DNA of 64,000 nt from Candidatus Eiseniibacteriota bacterium (GTDB lineage: Bacteria > Eisenbacteria > RBG-16-71-46 > JABDJR01), in the NCBI GenBank assembly GCA_963762255.1, contig CAVXKA010000002.1, positions 64,001-128,000 of the forward strand, written 5' to 3'. Below the pieces are notes generated by a model. It saw nothing but the letters and a program-made list of their open reading frames with translations, was not told the origin of the DNA and ran no database searches. This document shows, piece after piece, positions 18,410-28,954 of this stretch. Position 1 is the stretch's first letter, and each line of letters begins with the position of its first letter. Both the position numbers and the translations under genes were made by a program.

Positions 18410-20461
18410 ATGAGACGAAGGACGCTTTGCCTCGCGCTCGCATCCGCGCTCGCCGCGCCCGGCATCTCGGAGGCCTCCACGCCGCAAACCTGGCGGGTGA
18501 GCGGTGTCGAGGGATGGACCTCCGCGCAGCGTGAATCGGTCGGAGTGACCAGCGAAGGACTCGTGGGACTTGCCCTGGCCACGGACTCGACGGAGGGGAT
18601 CGAGGGGTTCATGGTCTGGGCGCTCCTGCGCGACGGCGACGGCGCGTTGGTGGCGACCGGCGACCACGGCACGCTGTACCGCGTGGACGCGGACGGGCAG
18701 GCGGTGCTCGTGGCCAAGGTCGTCCAACCCGAAATCACCGCGCTCGGCCGCGACGGCCGAGGTCGTGTGTTGATGGGGACCTCTCCCGACGGCGTGGTCT
18801 ATCGCCTCGAGGGAGAGAAGGCGGTCTCGATCGCCGACACCCCGGAGACCTATATCTGGAAGATCGTACCGGATGGAAAGGACGGCGCTTTTCTCGCCAC
18901 CGGCAACGCCGGGAAGCTCTACCGCCTCGACGCGAACGGCGCCGTCGAGCTGCTGGTCGATCTCGAGTGCGTTCACGCGACGGGTCTGGCTCTCGACGGC
19001 GAGCGTCTCCTCGTCACCACGGAATCTCCGGGGCGCCTCCTGGATGTCGGACGCGACGGCTCGGTCGCCGTCCTGTACGAGGCCGCCGAAGGCGAGCTTC
19101 GAGAGCCGCTGAGGGTGGGGGATGCGATCTATTTTCTGGCGAACCCCGCCGAGCCGAACCTGTTCGGCCGTCTCTACCGCCGCGCGCCGAGCGGCGCCGT
19201 GGAGCTGGTCTGGTCGGCACTGGCCGGCTCCGCGTATCAGTTGAGCGAGGGGCCGGACGGTACTCTCTTCGTCACCACCGGTGCCGACAAGGGGAGGGGA
19301 TCGCTCGTGCGCGTCACACCGGGCCCTCCCTCGAGCTGGATGGAGATCGCCAGCGTTGCCGAACCGCAGGTGATCTGCGCGCTTCTGAGCGGCCAGGGCG
19401 ACGGCTGGCTCGGCACCGGGGGACTCGCCCGCGTGTACCGCGTTCCGGGCAAGGGGAGCTACGAGGGGCTCGTGACCAGCATCGCGTTCGATGCCGGCGG
19501 CAACGCGCGTTGGGGCGGCGTGGCGATCGAGCCCGGCACCGGCGCTCCGGGGGTGCGGCTGGAGACGCGCTCCGGCAACACGAAGACCCCGGACTCTTCC
19601 TGGAGTGCGTGGCAGGATGTCGGCCTGGATGGGGGGCGGGGGAAGGTGAACGCTCCTCCCGCGCGTTTTCTACAATGGCGGCTGCGCATCTCCGATCCAC
19701 AAACGCGACTGGCCGCGGTCAGCACGACGTATCTTCCCGCGAACCTCGCTCCTCGCGTGTCCGATGTGGGCGTGACAGGGCTCGGCGAGAAGCTGGAGCG
19801 AAGCTGGGATCGAGGCCAGCCCTCATCGCTGGCCCAGGAGCTCCCCGGCGGCGTCCGCGTGGAGTTTCAGGTTCCCACGGGACGCGAGGCCGATCGTCCC
19901 GCCGACGATCCCGAGGCCGCGTGGGCCCGCCGCTACCGCACGGTCACGTGGATTGCCGCCGACCCCAACGACGACCCCCTTCGCTTCGACATCGACTTGC
20001 GTGCCATGGGGGAGACGGACTGGAAGCCGCTTCAGAAGGACAGGGAGGCATCGCCCTGGATCTGGGATAGCGCGGCCGTGCCGGACGGCTGGTACGCGCT
20101 TCGCGTGACCGCTTCCGATCGGGTCGCCAATCCGCCCGAGCTGGCGGCCACCGGCTACCGGCAGACCGAGCCCTTCCTGGTGGACAACACGCCTCCGCAG
20201 GTCGTCGGCATCGAGGCCAACGGTCGTGTCATCACCGGCGCCGCCGAGGATGCCTCGGGATCGATCCGGTCCATCGAGGTCTCACTGGATGGCGGCATCT
20301 GGCAGATCGTGTTCCCCGAGGACGGGATTCCGGACATGCCGCGCGAGCCGTTTCGCGTCGAGCTCACGGAAGCAAGTTCCGGTGATCACGTCGCGATGGT
20401 CCGAGCCGCCGACGACGCCGGGAACCTGGGCGTGGCCCGGGTGAGCTTCCGGGTGCCATGA
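18410..20461 (+). CDS. Secreted beta-propeller + Ig-like protein (S55-associated)
   Basis: Signal peptide; repeated 'ATG..G.LYR' blades; TRSGNT..PD.SWS.W, ARFLQWR, DPNDDPL, PDGWY.LRV.ASD, F.VDNTPP. Confidence 0.75.
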   Translation: MRRRTLCLALASALAAPGISEASTPQTWRVSGVEGWTSAQRESVGVTSEGLVGLALATDSTEGIEGFMVWALLRDGDGALVATGDHGTLYRVDADGQAVLVAKVVQPEITALGRDGRGRVLMGTSPDGVVYRLEGEKAVSIADTPETYIWKIVPDGKDGAFLATGNAGKLYRLDANGAVELLVDLECVHATGLALDGERLLVTTESPGRLLDVGRDGSVAVLYEAAEGELREPLRVGDAIYFLANPAEPNLFGRLYRRAPSGAVELVWSALAGSAYQLSEGPDGTLFVTTGADKGRGSLVRVTPGPPSSWMEIASVAEPQVICALLSGQGDGWLGTGGLARVYRVPGKGSYEGLVTSIAFDAGGNARWGGVAIEPGTGAPGVRLETRSGNTKTPDSSWSAWQDVGLDGGRGKVNAPPARFLQWRLRISDPQTRLAAVSTTYLPANLAPRVSDVGVTGLGEKLERSWDRGQPSSLAQELPGGVRVEFQVPTGREADRPADDPEAAWARRYRTVTWIAADPNDDPLRFDIDLRAMGETDWKPLQKDREASPWIWDSAAVPDGWYALRVTASDRVANPPELAATGYRQTEPFLVDNTPPQVVGIEANGRVITGAAEDASGSIRSIEVSLDGGIWQIVFPEDGIPDMPREPFRVELTEASSGDHVAMVRAADDAGNLGVARVSFRVP

Positions 20462-21488
20462 GAGGGCTTCGCATCGCGGTGGTGGGAGCCACCGGAGCAG
20501 TCGGGCGGGAGATGTGGAGGCTGCTCGAAGTCTCCGACCTCGCCGTCGCCGAGATCCGCGCTTTCACCTCCGCCCGCTCGGCCGGGCGCGTCCTCTCGTT
20601 CCGCGGCCTCGACGTACCCTGTCGCGAACTCACCGAGGCCGCCGTCTCTTCGCTCGACCTCGTTCTCGCCTCCGCCGGAGGGGCGGTCAGCCGCATCTGG
20701 TCTCCCCGCTTCGCCGCCGCGGGCGCGGTGGTCGTGGACAACTCGAGCGCGTTTCGCGCGGACCCCGCCTGCGGTCTCGTCATCCCCGAGGTAAACGACG
20801 CCGAGATGGACCGGTCGGTGTCGATCTTCGCGGTGGCGAACTGCTCGACCATTCAGATGGTGGCGGCGCTGGCCCCGCTGCATCGTGCGTGGGGCTTACG
20901 CGCGGTGCGGGTGGCGACCTATCAGTCGGTGAGCGGCGCCGGCGCGCGCGCGATCGAGGAGCTGGAACGCGGCACCCGCGCCGCGCTGGCAGGGGAGGAA
21001 GAGCATCCCGAGGTGTTCCCGCATCCCATCGCCTTCAACGTGGTGCCCCAGATCGGAACCTTCGACGAGTCGGGGGAGACGCAGGAGGAGCGCAAGATGC
21101 GCGACGAGACACGCCGGCTTCTCTCGCTTCCCGATCTGCAGGTGAGCGCGACCTGCGTGCGGGTTCCTGTTGTGCGCGGACACAGCGAGGCGGTGTGGGC
21201 AAGCTTCGCCGCCCCCCCGATCCCGCGCAGGCGCGCGATCTCATGCGCGCGGCGGGCATCGTCGTGGAGGACGACCCCGAGCAGGGCTTCTATCCTCTTG
21301 CGCGCCGCGCCGCCGGTCGCTCCGAGGTCTTCGTCGGCCGCGTCCGCCCGGACCCTGCCGACGCACGCGGCCTGTGCCTGTGGGTGGTGGCCGACAACCT
21401 CTTGAAGGGCGCGGCGGGAAACGCGTTCGACATCGCGCGGGCTCTCATCGCCCGCGGCCGCGTCGGGGCGGCAGGAGCTTCGGCGTGA
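20458..21488 (+). CDS. asd: Aspartate-semialdehyde dehydrogenase, split by a frameshift at the C7 run 21212-21218
   Basis: VVGATGAVG, DNSSAFR, ANCSTIQ, TYQSVSGAG, TCVRVPVVRGHSE in one frame; EVFVGRVR..LWVVADNLLKGAA.N continues in another frame. Confidence 0.92.
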
Positions 21489-22213
21489 ACGAATCGCGCG
21501 TGATCGTGGTCATCGGAGGGGCCGGGCGGATGGGGCGCGCCGTGCTGACGGTTCTCGCCGAGACACCGGGGGTGGGCCGCGCGGTGGCCGTGGACCGCGC
21601 GGAGTCTTCAGACTCTCTGCCTGGTAATGTGCTTCTGGTGAAGCAGTTGGGCGATGCGCTTAACCTGGCTTCCGAAGGCGTGGCGATCGATGTCTCCCTC
21701 GCCGAGGGCGCGGCGGATCGCGTCCGCGCGGTTGCCCGAGCCGGCTGGTCGCTGGTGGAGGGCACGACCGGGCTCGACGCGGAGGCCGATGGCGTCATTC
21801 TGGACGCGTCCCGCCTTGTGGCGGTGGTGCGGGCGCCCAATTTCAGCCCAGGGGTCGCGCTCTTGCGGCGCGCCCTGGCGGCCGTGCTGGCGGCCCGCGG
21901 TCCGAGGTGGGACGCGGCGATTCTCGATCGGCATCATCGCGCCAAGCGGGACGCGCCGAGCGGGACGGCAAAGCTCCTCGCCGAGACCGTCCGCGCCGCG
22001 ACCGGCGTCGATCCGCAGGTGGCTTCCTTCCGCCAGGGAGGGGTGGTCGGCGAGCATGCCGTGCACCTTGCCGCCGGGGACGAGGAGCTCGTGTTCGCGC
22101 ATCGGGCGTTCTCGCGGGGCGCGTTCGCCCGCGGCGCGGTGCTCGCCGCCGACTTCGCCCGCGAGGCGCGTCCGGGGCTCTACAGCATGGACGATGTTCT
22201 GGGCCTGACGTGA
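21485..22213 (+). CDS. dapB: 4-hydroxy-tetrahydrodipicolinate reductase
   Basis: GGAGRMG, GTTG, APNFSPGV, HHRAKRDAPSGTA, GGVVGEH, HRAFSRGAFARGA, GLYSMDDVLGL. Confidence 0.9.
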   Translation: MNESRVIVVIGGAGRMGRAVLTVLAETPGVGRAVAVDRAESSDSLPGNVLLVKQLGDALNLASEGVAIDVSLAEGAADRVRAVARAGWSLVEGTTGLDAEADGVILDASRLVAVVRAPNFSPGVALLRRALAAVLAARGPRWDAAILDRHHRAKRDAPSGTAKLLAETVRAATGVDPQVASFRQGGVVGEHAVHLAAGDEELVFAHRAFSRGAFARGAVLAADFAREARPGLYSMDDVLGLT

Positions 22214-23430
22214 TGAGCTCGTCCAGACCCTCGGTCCTCGTCCTCGACGAAGAGATCCCGTTCCCTCCCGACACCGGCAAGCGCATTCGCACCTTGAGTC
22301 TTCTTTCCCGTCTCGCCCGCGAGTTCGAGGTGGACCTCCTCACCCATGCCAACGGAGCGACGCCCGCGGCGCTGGCGGCGCTCACCGAGCGCGGGATCCG
22401 GGTCCACGTTGTGGAGAGCCGCATCCCAGATAAGGAGGGGGCGGCCTTCTACCTGCGACTCGCCGCGAACCTCGCCTCCCCATTGCCCTACTCGGCCGCC
22501 TCGCACGACCGCCCCGCGTATCGGCGGCGTCTTCGCGAGCTCGTCCGGGAGCGCGCTTACGATCTCGTGCACTGCGAGTGGACTCCGTACGCTCGCTTCC
22601 GCGAGGGAATCGACCTTCCCTGGGTGGTGGCCGCGCACAACGTGGAGTCGCAGGTGTGGCGCCGGCTGGCCGAGACCGAGCCCTCGGCGGCGCGCCGCAT
22701 CTACACGCGCGTGCAAGCCCGCAAGATGGAGGCCCTGGAGCGGCGGATCTTTGCCCGTGCTCCCTTCGCCACCGCGGTGAGCGAGGAGGACGCGGCGACC
22801 CTTCGAGGCTTTGGCTGTGCCCGCGTGGCGGTCGTGGCGAACGGCGTCGATCTCGATGCGTACACACCGTGTCCGCAGAGCGACGCCGACTCGCGCGGAC
22901 TCGTGTTCACCGGATCCTTGGATTGGCGCCCGAACCAGGATGCGGCGCGGTGGTTCGTGGAGGAGGTCCATCCGGTGCTTCGGCGCGAAGGGCCCTATCG
23001 ACTCGCGGTGGTCGGGCGCCGACCGCCGCCGGGGTTCGGGGTCGGCTTCCCGCCGGAGATCGTGGTCGTCGCGGACGTGGAGGATATCCGACCCCATCTG
23101 GCGGAGGCGAGCGTGGTGGTGGTGCCGCTGCGAGTGGGCGGGGGAAGCAGGCTCAAGATCCTGGAGGCGTTCGCCGCGGGCCGACCCGTGGTATCTACCA
23201 CGCTGGGGGCGGAGGGGCTGGCCGTGGAGGATGGGCGGCACCTCGTGCTCGCCGACGAACCCGCGGCCTTCGCCGGCGCCATCCTGGCGCTGTGGAAGGA
23301 GCCCGATCGGGGCCGGACGCTGTCGCGCGAGGCGCGGGGTTTGGTCGAGACACAGTACGGCTGGGATCGCATCGCCCGGGTTCAGGCCGCGCTCTGGCGT
23401 GAAGCCGCGGCATCGGGAGGACGCCCGTGA
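22213..23430 (+). CDS. Glycosyltransferase family 4 (exosortase-locus type)
   Basis: PFPPDTGKRIR, AHNVES, AVSEED, VFTGSLDWRPNQDA, VPLRVGGGSRLKILEAFA, VVST.LGAEGL. Confidence 0.9.
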   Translation: MSSSRPSVLVLDEEIPFPPDTGKRIRTLSLLSRLAREFEVDLLTHANGATPAALAALTERGIRVHVVESRIPDKEGAAFYLRLAANLASPLPYSAASHDRPAYRRRLRELVRERAYDLVHCEWTPYARFREGIDLPWVVAAHNVESQVWRRLAETEPSAARRIYTRVQARKMEALERRIFARAPFATAVSEEDAATLRGFGCARVAVVANGVDLDAYTPCPQSDADSRGLVFTGSLDWRPNQDAARWFVEEVHPVLRREGPYRLAVVGRRPPPGFGVGFPPEIVVVADVEDIRPHLAEASVVVVPLRVGGGSRLKILEAFAAGRPVVSTTLGAEGLAVEDGRHLVLADEPAAFAGAILALWKEPDRGRTLSREARGLVETQYGWDRIARVQAALWREAAASGGRP

Positions 23431-24551
23431 CGGCGCCGGTGCGGGCCGGGTTCGCGATCGACGCTCTGGAGCCCGGGGGCGGGACCGAGAACCAGCTCAT
23501 CTTCCTCCTCGAACGGTTGGATCGCGTTCGAGTCGCTCCTCACGTGGCATGTCTTCGATCGAGCCCCTACCTCGAAGGCCTTGCCCGCGAGTTGCCGGTG
23601 ACCGTGCTCGACGTGCGGGTCGACCGCGGTGCGGGGCTCGTCAACGGCGTTCGCCGCGCGCGCGCGTGGGTGAGGCGGGAGCGCCTCGACGTCGTGCTCA
23701 CCTTCTTTCGCGATGCGAACATCGTGGCCACCCTGGGCGCACGGTGGGCCGGAGTTCCGGTCGTCTCGGGCCGTCGCAACCTGGGCTACTGGCACACGCC
23801 GCGCGAGATTCGCATTCTGAGATTCCTGAACCGCTTCACGCGCGAGTTCGTGGCGAACTCCGAGGCGGTGCGCGAGCAGACCGTGCGCCGCGAGGGCGTG
23901 CCGCGCGAGCGTATTCGCGTCATTCCCAACGCGGTCGACACGGAGCGTTTCCGCCCCGCATCACCGGGGGAGCGCGAGACACTGCGAGCGCGGCTCGGCT
24001 TCCCTGCGAGTGCCCCGCTCGTCGGCTGCGTGGCGAACCTCCGCCCGGTGAAGGGACATGAGGTTCTGGTCGAGGCGTTTGCCGCGGTGTGCGCGCGCGT
24101 GCACGAGGCCCGTCTGGCGCTGATCGGAGAGGGGCCCATCGAGGCGCCCTTGCGCGAGCGTGCCCGCGCGCTCGGCGTCCTCGACCGTTTGCACTTCATG
24201 GGCCTGCGCCAGGATGTCCCCGATCTCCTGCGCGCGTTCGACATCGTGGTGTTGGCCTCGCACAGCGAGGGCCTCTCGAACGCGCTCCTCGAGGCGATGG
24301 CCTCCGGGTTGCCCACCGTGGCCACCGCGGTGGGGGGAAACACCGAGCTGCTGGAGGACGGGGCGCTCGGAATGCTCGTTCCCCCGAGCTATCCGGCGGC
24401 GATGGCGGCGGCTCTGGGAGAACTCCTTACATCCCCGGATCGATGCCGGCGGCTCGGCGCGGCGGCGAGAGATCGCGTTTGTGCCCGCAACTCGCCCGAG
24501 CGTGTGCTCGAGGCCTGGCATCGCGTGATCGAATCGGCCGCGCGCGCTTAG
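23427..24551 (+). CDS. Glycosyltransferase family 4
   Basis: GGTENQL, VANSEAV, IPNAVD, VANLRPVKGH, SHSEGLSNALLEAMASGLP. Confidence 0.92.
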   Translation: MTAPVRAGFAIDALEPGGGTENQLIFLLERLDRVRVAPHVACLRSSPYLEGLARELPVTVLDVRVDRGAGLVNGVRRARAWVRRERLDVVLTFFRDANIVATLGARWAGVPVVSGRRNLGYWHTPREIRILRFLNRFTREFVANSEAVREQTVRREGVPRERIRVIPNAVDTERFRPASPGERETLRARLGFPASAPLVGCVANLRPVKGHEVLVEAFAAVCARVHEARLALIGEGPIEAPLRERARALGVLDRLHFMGLRQDVPDLLRAFDIVVLASHSEGLSNALLEAMASGLPTVATAVGGNTELLEDGALGMLVPPSYPAAMAAALGELLTSPDRCRRLGAAARDRVCARNSPERVLEAWHRVIESAARA

Positions 24552-25882
24552 TAAGGGAGCTTCAGGAGCGCGCCCGCCCGCAGGCGGTTCGGGTTCTTGA
24601 TCCCGTTGAGGCGCTTGAGCGCGCCCACGCTCGTGCCGAAGCGCGCGGCGATGGTTCCCAGCGTCTCGCCGCTCCGCACGCGGTAGGTCGTCTGGGGCTC
24701 GGTCGGAGGCCGCTGGGACTCCGGTAGTGCGGCGAAGAGCGCTCCGGCGTTCGGGCCCGTCGAGGACGGCAGCCGGAGCGTGAACCCCTTGGGGAGGTAA
24801 CGCTCACCCTTGGTTCCGGCCGCGGTGAAGGCGGGATTGAGAGCGGCCAATTCCGCAACGGAAAGCCCGAGGCCTCGCGCGAGATCCGGCGCGCGGACGA
24901 ACGCCGGGAGGGTGAAGGTCGCGAACGGAAGCGGCTCGTCGAGCGCGATGTCCCCTGGATTCTCGAGCAGGGAATCCGCGGCTTGCATGGCGGCCAGGAA
25001 CTCCGGGTAGAAGTTGCGGCCGGCGAAGCCGAAGAGGGGACCGCTGTAGCCCTGGATGATGGCAGCCATGTCGCTCCCACCCATCTCCCGCACCGCGTTC
25101 TGCATCCCGTCCACGCCATGGTTGTAGGACGTGATCGCCACCGGCCACGAGCCCAACGCATTGCGGGCTTCGCGAAGGTATCGGGCGGCCGCGCGCGCGG
25201 CGGTGAAGGGATCGAGCCGCTCATCCACCGCGTCGTTCACGAGCATGTAGCGGCGCGCGGTCGAGGACATGAACTGCCACATTCCCGCCGCGCCCACCGA
25301 GGATCGGGCGTTCCATGTGTAGGAGGACTCCACATGGGGTAGATGCACCAGTTCTTCGGGGACCCCTTCCTCGCGGAAGATGGCGCGGAAGTCGTCGGCG
25401 TAGCGAGCCTGACGCGCCACGCCGGCCAGAAAGCGCTCGCGGATCCCTCGCTGGATCCGCAGGGACTCGGCGGCGCGCCGGTAGACCTCGGGATCGCGGC
25501 TCCCCTCCCAGATGAAGTGATAACGGCGAAGGCGGCCATCCAGGCGATCGTAGTCCACGGTGGGTTCGGCCAGACGGAGGAGGTCGGCCGCGATGGCCTC
25601 CTTCCACGCGGCCTTGAGATCGTCCCGTTCACGCTCCCGCGCCCGCGATCCATCCGGCGGAGGGAGGCGCCGCACCTCGTAGATGCGGCTTAAGTCCCTG
25701 GCGTCGTGGAAGACGAGTTGCTCCGCGTCCCAGCGCGTGAATACGTCCCGCCAGAAGGACACCGCCGGGGAGAGGGAGGGAGGGCAGGGGAACGGGTCGA
25801 CCTCCGCGGCGCGCGCGGGCGCCGGAACCAGGGTGGTGAGCGCGACCGCGAGTGCGAGGAGAGCCCGGCGTGGTGAGAGCAT
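24548..25882 (-). CDS. Lytic murein transglycosylase (MltD-like, SLT + LysM)
   Basis: LPHVESSY, S.VGAAGMWQFM, AITSYNHG, NFYPEFLA; C-terminal LysM 'YRVRSGETLGTIAARFG'. Confidence 0.9.
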   Translation of the reverse strand: MLSPRRALLALAVALTTLVPAPARAAEVDPFPCPPSLSPAVSFWRDVFTRWDAEQLVFHDARDLSRIYEVRRLPPPDGSRARERERDDLKAAWKEAIAADLLRLAEPTVDYDRLDGRLRRYHFIWEGSRDPEVYRRAAESLRIQRGIRERFLAGVARQARYADDFRAIFREEGVPEELVHLPHVESSYTWNARSSVGAAGMWQFMSSTARRYMLVNDAVDERLDPFTAARAAARYLREARNALGSWPVAITSYNHGVDGMQNAVREMGGSDMAAIIQGYSGPLFGFAGRNFYPEFLAAMQAADSLLENPGDIALDEPLPFATFTLPAFVRAPDLARGLGLSVAELAALNPAFTAAGTKGERYLPKGFTLRLPSSTGPNAGALFAALPESQRPPTEPQTTYRVRSGETLGTIAARFGTSVGALKRLNGIKNPNRLRAGALLKLPY

Positions 25883-25982
25883 CCTGACTCATGATATCGG
25901 CGCCAGCCGCTTCGACTCAATCTTTCTTGCTTCGAGGCGGCCGGTGGCTGGCCGATTGCGCGCATGGTAAGCTTCAACGCTC

Positions 25983-27251
25983 ATGTCGCCGGTCGCATGG
26001 TTCCATCGGGTCCCCAGGGCTGCTCGGCGCGCCATGGCGCGGGCGGCGCTCCTGTGCGCGGCCCTCGTTATCGTCTCCCTTTCGGCGCCGATCGCCCGAG
26101 CGGGCGATCGGATCGATCTGCAGCGCGCGGCTCTCGAGCATTACGACGCGACCTTCCTCGCCCGCGCCCGGGCCTACCACGTGCCGCGGTACGTCGCCTA
26201 TTTCGTGCAGACTGCGGTGATCCTGGCCGCGGCCTGGGCGCTGGCCGCAGGGCCCCTCGGGCGCTGGTCCGCGGGCGCGCTGGGCGTTTCGAGGGGGACC
26301 CCCTGGCTCGCCCGGCTGCTGCTGCTGAGCCTCCTGTATGCCGGCTTCACGCTCCTCTCCCTGCCGTTCACGATCTGGCGCTACCTGCAAGCTCGCGCCT
26401 ACGGGCTTCGCCATGATGCGTGGGGGCCGTTCCTCGCCGACTGGGCGAAAGGGGTCGGCATCGGCTGGATCCTCGTCGCAGTGGTCGGGCTCCTGGTTCT
26501 GGCCTGCGTTGCGACGTGGCCGCGATGGGGGTGGGCCGTGGCCGCGAGCGCGGTGGCCGTGCTCTCCCTCGCGTACGCTGCCGCTGCCCCGCTCGTGATC
26601 GATCCGCTCTTCAACAAGATCACCCCGTTGGGTGACCACGCCCTTGAGCAGAGGCTCCTCGGCATCGCCCGCGCCGGGGGCGTCCCCGCCAAGGAGGTGT
26701 GGGTCTCGGACGCCAGCCGGCGGAGCCGCACCGTGAACGCATACTTCACCGGCCTGGGGAAGACGCGGCGCATCGTCGTCTACGACACCCTGGTGGAGAA
26801 GTTTCCTCCCGAGGAGGTGGGCCTCGTGGTGGCCCACGAAGCGGGGCACTGGAAGTACCACCACGTGAACGTGGGCCTGGCCCTCGGGCTTGCCGCGGCC
26901 GCGCTCGGTCTCTTTCTGGGGCAGGCGGTGCTGTTGCGGTGGGTCGCCTCGGCGCGGCACGGGCTGGCGGGCCTCGGCGATCCGGCTCTGGTCTTCCCCG
27001 CCTACGCGCTCTATCTGACCCTGAGCGTCGTTGCGGTCGTTCCTTCCAACTGGATCTCGCGGCGGATGGAGACGCAGGCCGACCTCGCCTCGATCGCGCT
27101 CACCGGAGATCCCGAGACGTTCATCCGCGCCGAGGAACGCTTGGGCCGGGAGAATCTTTCCGACGTTCTTCCCCCGGCCTGGATCGAAGCGACGCTCTTC
27201 ACCCACCCTGCCACCAGCCGGCGGATTCTCCTTGCGGAGCGGGCGCGATGA
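25983..27251 (+). CDS. M48A (Ste24-like) membrane metallopeptidase
   Basis: PLFNK, DASRRS..VNAYFTGLGKTRRIVVYDTL, HEAGH, ETQAD, THP...RI. Confidence 0.9.
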   Translation: MSPVAWFHRVPRAARRAMARAALLCAALVIVSLSAPIARAGDRIDLQRAALEHYDATFLARARAYHVPRYVAYFVQTAVILAAAWALAAGPLGRWSAGALGVSRGTPWLARLLLLSLLYAGFTLLSLPFTIWRYLQARAYGLRHDAWGPFLADWAKGVGIGWILVAVVGLLVLACVATWPRWGWAVAASAVAVLSLAYAAAAPLVIDPLFNKITPLGDHALEQRLLGIARAGGVPAKEVWVSDASRRSRTVNAYFTGLGKTRRIVVYDTLVEKFPPEEVGLVVAHEAGHWKYHHVNVGLALGLAAAALGLFLGQAVLLRWVASARHGLAGLGDPALVFPAYALYLTLSVVAVVPSNWISRRMETQADLASIALTGDPETFIRAEERLGRENLSDVLPPAWIEATLFTHPATSRRILLAERAR

Positions 27252-28174
27252 TCACCGTTCGCGGGCTCACCAAGGAATACGCCCACGTGGCCGCGCTCAA
27301 GGGCATCAGCTTCGAGGTGGCGCAAGGCGAGATCGTCGGTTTCCTGGGACCCAACGGCGCGGGGAAGACGACGACGCTGCGCATCCTCACGGGCTTCATG
27401 CCCGCCACCGACGGCGAGGTTCGCGTGGGCGGCTTCGACGTGCGCTCGGCCTCGCGTGCGGTGCGCAAGACGACCGGTTATCTCCCGGAGGATGTCCCGC
27501 TCTATCGGGACCTCAGCGTGACGGATTTCCTCGCCTACATGGGCGGGCTGAAGGAGATAGCGCCCGGCCGCCTTCGGGGTGAGATCGAGCGCGTGATCTC
27601 CCTGGCGGGTCTGGAATCGGTGCGCGACCGCCTCCTCTCGAAGTGCTCGAAGGGTTACCGCCAGCGGGCGGGTCTGGCCATGGCGCTCCTGGGCGACCCG
27701 TCCGTGCTGCTTCTCGACGAGCCCACCAGCGGGCTCGACCCCAACCAGGTGGCGGAAGTACGCGAGTTCATCCGTGGGCTCGGGGGAACGAAGACGGTCC
27801 TTCTCTCCAGTCACATTCTCTCCGAGGTGAGCCAGATTTGCGGGCGCGTTCTGATCGTTCACGAAGGGCGCCTCGTCGCGGCCGGCGCCCCGGAAGAGTT
27901 GGCGCGGCGCTACGGGACGGGGCAACGCCTGGTCGTGCGTGCCCGCGGTGCGAAGCCGGAGGCGCTGCGCGCGCTCCCCGGTGTGCTGCGGGTCGATTCG
28001 CCGGTCTCCGGTACCTACCATGTCGCCGTCGAGGATGCGGAAGACGCCGCCCCGAGAGTGGCCCAAGCGCTCATCGCGCACGGAGCGGAACTCCTGGAAC
28101 TTCGCCGGGAAGCGGTGGATCTGGAAGCGGTCTTCCGCGCGGTCACCTCCGCACGGGGGGAGGGGCCGGCATGA
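27248..28174 (+). CDS. ABC transporter ATP-binding protein (GldA-like)
   Basis: GFLGPNGAGKTT, SKGYRQRAGLA, LLDEPTSGLDPNQ, LSSHILSEV. Confidence 0.92.
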   Translation: MITVRGLTKEYAHVAALKGISFEVAQGEIVGFLGPNGAGKTTTLRILTGFMPATDGEVRVGGFDVRSASRAVRKTTGYLPEDVPLYRDLSVTDFLAYMGGLKEIAPGRLRGEIERVISLAGLESVRDRLLSKCSKGYRQRAGLAMALLGDPSVLLLDEPTSGLDPNQVAEVREFIRGLGGTKTVLLSSHILSEVSQICGRVLIVHEGRLVAAGAPEELARRYGTGQRLVVRARGAKPEALRALPGVLRVDSPVSGTYHVAVEDAEDAAPRVAQALIAHGAELLELRREAVDLEAVFRAVTSARGEGPA

Positions 28175-28198
28175 TCCGAATCGGGGAGGTTCGCCTTC

Positions 28199-28954
28199 AT
28201 GCGTAGCGTGTGGCTCGTCGCGAAGCGGGAGTTTCTCGCCTACTGGACTTCGCCCGTCGCGTACGCCGTGCTCGCGGTGTACCTCGTCCTGGCGGGCACC
28301 TTCTTCTTCGGAGAGCTCTCCGGATTCGTCGCTCTCTCCAGCAGAACGGGTGGTGAGTCGGTCGATGTGAACCAGCAGGTAATCCGGCCGTATCTCTACA
28401 GCGTGTCCGTGATGGTGCTCTTTCTGCTTCCTCTGGTGAGCATGCGGCTTCTCGCCGAGGAGAAGCGGCAGGGGACGTTGGAGATCCTGCTCACCACGCC
28501 GGTGCGGGAATCGGCGGTGGTGCTGGGAAAGTTCCTGGCCTCGCTTGGGTTGTACGTGGCTATGTTGCTCGGCTCCGCCGCGCATGTCGGAGTGCTCTTC
28601 GCCTACGGGGATCCCGAGTGGGGCCCGGTGGCCACCGGGTTCCTCGGACTCTTCCTCACCGGCGGCGCGTACTTGGCCATCGGCCTCTTTCTCTCCGCGC
28701 TCACCCAGAATCAGGTCGTGGCGGCCACGGCCTCCTTCGCCCTGTTCCTCGCCCTTTGGCTTGCCCACTGGTTGGGGAGCATTACTTCGGGAATGCTCGC
28801 CGCGGTGCTCACTGCGATCTCCTTCGCCGGCCACTTCGAGAACTTCGGTCGCGGCGTGCTGGACACCGCGGACATCGTGTACTACGTCTCTCTCATTGCC
28901 GTGGGCCTCTTCGCCTCCACCCAGGCCGTCCTGGCGTCCCGGTGGAAGCCGTGA
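28199..28954 (+). CDS. ABC transporter permease (GldF-like)
   Basis: REFLAYWTSPVAY, SMRLLAEEKRQGTLEILLT.PV, LGKFLA, SALTQNQVVA. Confidence 0.9.
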   Translation: MRSVWLVAKREFLAYWTSPVAYAVLAVYLVLAGTFFFGELSGFVALSSRTGGESVDVNQQVIRPYLYSVSVMVLFLLPLVSMRLLAEEKRQGTLEILLTTPVRESAVVLGKFLASLGLYVAMLLGSAAHVGVLFAYGDPEWGPVATGFLGLFLTGGAYLAIGLFLSALTQNQVVAATASFALFLALWLAHWLGSITSGMLAAVLTAISFAGHFENFGRGVLDTADIVYYVSLIAVGLFASTQAVLASRWKP

